NCBI GenBank assembly: GCA_000004695.1
Contig: CM000153.2
Span: 1,792,001-1,856,000, forward strand
DNA: 64,000 bases
Origin: Dictyostelium discoideum
Taxonomy: Eukaryota
Direction of reading: 5' to 3'
Below are positions 58,487 through 64,000 of this stretch, one piece after another. The notes under the pieces are model-generated. The model saw nothing but the letters and a program-made list of their open reading frames with translations. It did not search any database and was not told where the DNA came from. Both the position numbers and the translations under genes were made by a program. How positions within the stretch are numbered: position 1 is the stretch's first letter; each line of letters begins with the position of its first letter.

Positions 58487-58730
58487 AAATTTTTTTTTTT
58501 TTTTTTCTTCAAATGGGTCATGAATCAAGATGACGAATGTGGTAAATTGAGCGAGGTTGTGTGTGATTGAGCGAATAGGTGTTTTTATTTCTTTAAAAAA
58601 CAAAACAAAATAAAAAAAAAATATTCTTACATCCGATAAAAAAAAAAAAATAAAAAAAATAAAAAAAAAGGTGTATTTGAACTAACTGTTATTATTTTTT
58701 TTATGAAAAAGATCATAGCCTTTAATAAAC

Positions 58731-58763
<33 letters not shown>

Positions 58764-59043
58764 GCAATTATTTGGGAATCCAAATGGTGGTGACAATATG
58801 TTTAAATTAATAAAAATTTTTACTTTTTTTTCTTTTTTTTTTATATGTATATGAAAAAAACAATATAAAATATAATTTAAATTTAGACTATAAATGTAGA
58901 TTTGTTATAAATATATAAATATATATAAATATAAATATAAATTTAATGTAAATATCTTTTATTAACTATAAAAATACAAATTGTACTGATATTGACAACG
59001 AATATGAATAAAGAAAAGAAAAAAAAAAGTTTTTTTTATTTTT

Positions 59044-59080
<37 letters not shown>

Positions 59081-59675
59081 TGCTTGAAAATTAAAATTAA
59101 AAAATTAAAAAAACTTTTTTATACGGTCACTTGATTTTGAAAAATATCTTCAAAAATCTTTGCATTTTTCATATAAAAATTTTCTTGCCAACTGCTAAAT
59201 CTCTTTTTATACTTTCATGGCTTAAAGAAAATTTTTTTTTTTTTTTCAGTTGCACTTCCATTTTCTATTTCTTTTCATAAAGGCATAATACCAAATAAAT
59301 AAATAAATAAATAAATAAAAAAAAAATAAAAAATAATAAAAAAAATAAAAATAGAAAGCATTTGCAATAAAAAAAAAATAAATTAATATTTTAAAAATAA
59401 CTTTTTCTTCTTTAATTATTAAATTTATTTATTTAACCAGATTCGGGAGTCCCTAAATTTTATTGGTTTTCATTTTATTTTATTTTATTTTATTTTTTTA
59501 TTTTTATTTTGGTGACAAGCCATTGAGAAAATTAAAAAAAATAAAAAAAAATATTTTTTTTTATTTTTATTTTTTTTAACAAAAATACTTTTTTTTAAAT
59601 TTTTTTTTTTTTTTAAAAGAAACAAATAAAATCATATTTTTTTTAAAAAAAAAAAAAAACCCCACCACCACAAAA

Positions 59676-62468
59676 ATGAAATCCTCAAATGGTGTCGGTT
59701 GTACCGATTCTGTAAGTGTGTCTAATCTATTCAATTAATATAAATCTATAACTATTTCTAACTCTTATTTTATATATTTTTTTTATACATTTATTTTATA
59801 CATTTATTTTCGTATATCATAAATTTTATTAATTTAGATACAAGGATATTTATTTAAAAAAGGAAATTCATCTCTATTATCTTCATCATCAACATTATGG
59901 AAGAAGAGATGGTTTTCTTTAGAAAATGGTAGTACAACATTAAAATATTTTAAAAATTCAAGCGATGAATCACCAAAAGGTTCAATTAATATTCAATTAA
60001 TTGAATCAATTGATATTTTAACAACAACTACCACCACCACCACAACCACCACTACATTTGGAAATAAAGATAATACTAATAACAACAACAACAACAACAA
60101 CAACAATAATAATAGTAAATATTATTTCGATTTAAAAATTAAATCAAGAGTTTATCATTTATATTCTGAAACTGAAAGAGAAAGAGATTATTGGAATGTA
60201 AATTTAAATTTATCAATTTTAAAATCAAAAGAACCCTCACCCTCACTCTCACCACAATCACAAGTAAGACCAAGATCATACACTTTACCATCACCAACAC
60301 CAACAATTGTATTAGCAGAACCATCACCATCACCATCACCAACACCACTTCCACCACTACCAATACCACCAAATAATAAAACTAAACCTCCTCTTCCGCC
60401 AAAACCAATTTCACAACAACAACAACAGCCTGTACAACAACAACAACACCAACAACAACAACAACAACACCCAACAACAAATACTAATACCAATGGTAAT
60501 AGTAATAATAATAATGTAATTTTAAATAAAAAACAACAACAACAACAACAACAACCTGTAAAACAAAAAGAAATTGAAAATGAAGAAAATTTCGAATATG
60601 AAGATGATGATATTAGTTTATGTGGAGCAAAAAGAAAAGATTTTATAAAGAATCATTCTAGTGGATATATTACAAGTATGGTAGGAGTTACAAGATCAAA
60701 GATATGGTGTGGAGATTCTCAAGGTAATATTTGCACTTTCACATTGAGTAGAAATGGAAGTGGTGCTAATGGAATAACGGATAAAGTTAAGAAAGGATCA
60801 CAATGGAAAGAACATACTCTTATGGTAACCTCATTGGTTTATGTACCATCTCAAAAATTAGTTTACAGTTCATCATTAGATGGTAAAATTTGTGCTTGGG
60901 ATAGAACTGATTATAGTTTACTATTCTCTCATTCAAGTAAATTCCCAATTTATGATATGTTATTTAGTAAAAATGATTTATTAGTTTATTGTGGTGGTAT
61001 TTCATCATCACAACAACAACAACAACAACAACAACAAAATCAAAATCTACAAAATCAAAATCAAAATTTATCATTATTTGATACAGTTACAAAAGAAGAG
61101 ACAGAAATACCATTTCAATCATTTTTACCAAATTTATATAACAATGGTAATAGTGGGAATAAAAAAAGAAAATTTATAAAAATGGTAAAATTTGATGAAA
61201 AAATTATAATTTGTACAGATAGATGTGAAATTATAGTTTGGAGTCCATGGGATAATGAAATTTGTAAATATGTTAAAATTAATAATTCATATGATATTAC
61301 TGCAATGAATGTTGTTGGTGAGAATCTATGGATATGTACAACATCAGATACGAATGGTAATATATTTTCAACAACGAATCCGTGTTTGGTGATAGTGTTA
61401 TCAATTAAAACAGCATTGAAAAGGGTTAAAAGTTTTGAGTGTAGACATCCAATATCGCAATTTACATTGGTCAATGGTTACGTTTGGGCAATCACTCGTG
61501 ATTACATAACAGTTTATGAACAGAATACAGCTCAATTAGCCTATGAAACAATTATACTTAAAGAAGATATGAACTTTAAATTATTATATAATTTTAATAC
61601 TGTTTGGGTTGGTGGTACTTGGTTATTTAGATTTCAAATATTTAATAATTGGATTAGAGATAATTTAGAATATACAACTAACTCATCATCATCACCGGAT
61701 AAATCAGCAGCATCATCATCAGCAATTTCAATTAATATTCAACCAATTTCAGATTATTCAGATTTTGATAATGTTTTAAATGTTTTAGAATTAATTAAAG
61801 AGAGATTACAATATGATCATTGTAATCAACTTTATGATATTCTATTGGGTATTTGTGAGAATGATCAATTGAATTTAACAGATTTTAAAATATTAACATC
61901 AAAAAGTTTTAGATGGTTTGGTAGAAATCAATGTTCTTCAGTTATGCGTGAGTCAATTGTATCTGATAATAATAGAGTTTATAGAATTTCAAGAGTTTTA
62001 TCAAACTATTTACAACAATCAAATATTAAAGACTATTATATAAATATTAGAGAAAGTAGTAATAATATTACAATTAATGGTAGTGGTAGTGGTAATGGTA
62101 GTATTAATAGTAGTAATGGTAGTATAAATAATAGTGGTGGTAGTAATAGTAGTGGTTATAATAGTAATGTCATATTCATTTATGAAACATTAAAAACTGT
62201 TGAATATTTAGTTTCAAATTTTGATAAATTTTCAAAACAATTTCAAATTCAACAACAATTCATTGAAACTATTATTAAATTTACAACTCTATCATTACCT
62301 TCAAATAGATTAATCGTTTCAATTTCATTAATAATTTTATATCATTTATTAAATTCAAATGGTAATAATTTATTAAATATTTCATCCTCATCATCATCAC
62401 CCTCATCATCACCAAATCTATCAATAAATGATGGTTTAATAACTACTACTCCAACTTCAACTAATAAT

Positions 62469-62511
<43 letters not shown>

Positions 62512-63620
62512 ATAATTCAAGTTCAAGTGTAACAAAAAAAATTAAAGAAAATTTTAAAGTTAATAAAAATAAAGATAAAGATAAAGAAAGTAAAGGAAAT
62601 AAAGAAATTAATAACAATAGTAAAGATAATATAAAAGAGAATACTATAAAAGATATTGGTGGTAATAGTTTATATAATAATTTAAAAGATAAAGTAAAGT
62701 TATATCTATCAGTATTCTTTGATCAATCAATTGATGATAAAACTAAAATATCAATAATTAATGTTCTTTCAAGATTTCCAACAGAATTAAAAGAACAATT
62801 TAAAAAAGAGCTTTATTTAAATTCAACTTTTCAATTATTAAATCAAGGTATATCATTGGTTTGTAATGATTTAATTATAATCATGAATCAAATTTTAATT
62901 GATTCACCAAAAATTAAAGATCAAATTATAAAATATGTACCAAATTTATTAAATTTATTAGATCAAAAACAACAACAACAACCAATTAATGATAGAATTA
63001 GAATTTTTCAAATTATGTCAAATCCAACATTTATTCAAAGATCATATAATAATAATAGTATTGGTAATAATAATAATGATAATAAAAAATTAAAGAATAG
63101 AAAAGTTATAATTTCAAGTAATTTTAAATCACCAATTGAAAGTATTTTATTCACTATAAATTCAATTTTACATTCATTAAAGAGTACATCATTTAGGGGT
63201 TTAAAAATTACGATTTTAGATATAATTGTACCAAAAGAATTTAATCAAGATTTATTATCATCAATTAATGGTTCGATAATAAATTTAAATTTCATTTTAC
63301 CAAATCAAAGCTTTGTTTCAACAATTAAATTTAAATTTAATCCAAAGGATTTAGCAATTAAAGTGGCTTTTCAATTGGGTGTATCGGTTGGTGAGACCAC
63401 AATTTCAAATTTCTCAATCACTGGTGATCTTCAATTAGGTTTCACTCTAGGTACTGCTAAACCTGAATATATCTCTTTCTTGGAGGATCCAATCATTAAC
63501 TTTGATTTCGATTCAACTGGTGTTATCAATTTAATTGATAAATTTGTTAAACCAATCTTAAAAAAATCAATTAGAAAGAGATTAGTTCATCCAAATAGAT
63601 TTTATTTACCAAGTTCTTAA
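59676..63620 (+). CDS. Large (about 1272 aa) PH-domain + WD40-like repeat protein with an N/S-rich middle and a conserved-looking C-terminal beta-rich domain; 2 exons, 59676..59711 and 59838..63620
   Basis: Exon 1 is MKSSNGVGCTDS with donor gtaagt. Exon 2 after acceptor taatttag| is IQGYLFKKGNSSLLSSSSTLWKKRWFSLENGSTTLKYFKNSSDESPKGSINIQLIESIDIL...YYFDLKIKSRVYHLYSETERERDYWNVNLNL, a PH domain with the characteristic W in its C-terminal helix. The frame stays open for 840 nt into ORF 60678..63620 (WD-like: ICAWDRTDYSLLFSHSSKFPIYDMLFSKNDLLVYCGG). A TAG sits exactly at the acceptor. Confidence 0.65.
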
Positions 63621-63899
63621 TAGGAAGAAAAAAAATAAAAAAAAAAAATAAAAAAAAAAATAAAAAAATAAAGAGTTAAAAAGAAAAAAACAATTATTAT
63701 TTAAAAAGAGTTGACGGTTGAAATTCTCAGAGTTTTTTTGATTTTTACCAAAAAAAAAAAAAAAAAAAAAAAAAAATATCTAGATATTTTGAAGTTTTTT
63801 TTTTTTTTTTTTTTTGAATTTTATTTCAAAAATTTTGATCAAAATTTATTTATTTTTTTTTTTTTTTTTGGATTTTATGTTTTTTTAGTTTATTAAAAA

Positions 63900-64000
63900 A
63901 TGAAATCAATTTCTTTTATTTGTTTATTAATTATTGGATTTTTATTAATTGGAAATAGTTTTGCTAACGATTCAATTAAATCAGATGAAATCACATGTAA
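63900..64000 (+). CDS. 5' end of a secreted-protein gene (signal peptide); runs off the window
   Basis: ATG at 63900: MKSISFICLLIIGFLLIGNSFANDSIKSDEITC... Confidence 0.3.
   Translation, partial: MKSISFICLLIIGFLLIGNSFANDSIKSDEITC

Overview
This window looks like AT-rich Dictyostelium discoideum-type nuclear DNA. Coding islands are about 30-35% GC and intergenic DNA is about 10-15% GC. Codons are AAT/CAA-rich, producing poly-N and poly-Q tracts. Introns are short, AT-rich and GT..AG, often carrying (AAT)n microsatellites. I have no tools, so exon and intron coordinates are hand-counted and may be off by 1-2 bp. The supplied ORF track uses prokaryotic rules: it translates TTG as M and ignores introns. 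Several true genes are therefore split into pieces or run into introns as poly-Y, poly-I or poly-L artifacts. I find about 25 protein-coding genes on both strands: two small CBM49 cellulose-binding proteins, an annexin, a DNAJC11-like J protein, inorganic pyrophosphatase, eIF2A, a BSD-domain protein, an RBR E3 ligase, a TMEM184-like protein, an RCC1+inositol-5-phosphatase (Dd5P2-like), CENP-S/MHF1, an SDR, a 1068-aa orphan, a tail-anchored coiled-coil protein, an Sds3/BRMS1-like protein, mitochondrial GatC, a homeobox protein, a GH9 cellulase, an MRF/Ndt80-type membrane transcription factor (MrfA-like), and a large PH+WD40 protein. The most structured non-genic feature is a tRNA-Lys(UUU) gene with a downstream external B box. 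A nest of 5'-truncated poly(A)-ended retroelement insertions sits 33-47 bp upstream of it, all bounded by the same 14-16 bp target-site duplication; this is the signature of tRNA-targeted TRE5-type non-LTR retrotransposition. The window also holds a decayed tgr-like (IPT/TIG-EGF-TM) surface-protein pseudogene, a cluster of small 'MLF...' paralogs with degenerate copies, and a 120-bp coding segment duplicated immediately after its own gene's stop codon. I did not find a system I could call novel with confidence.
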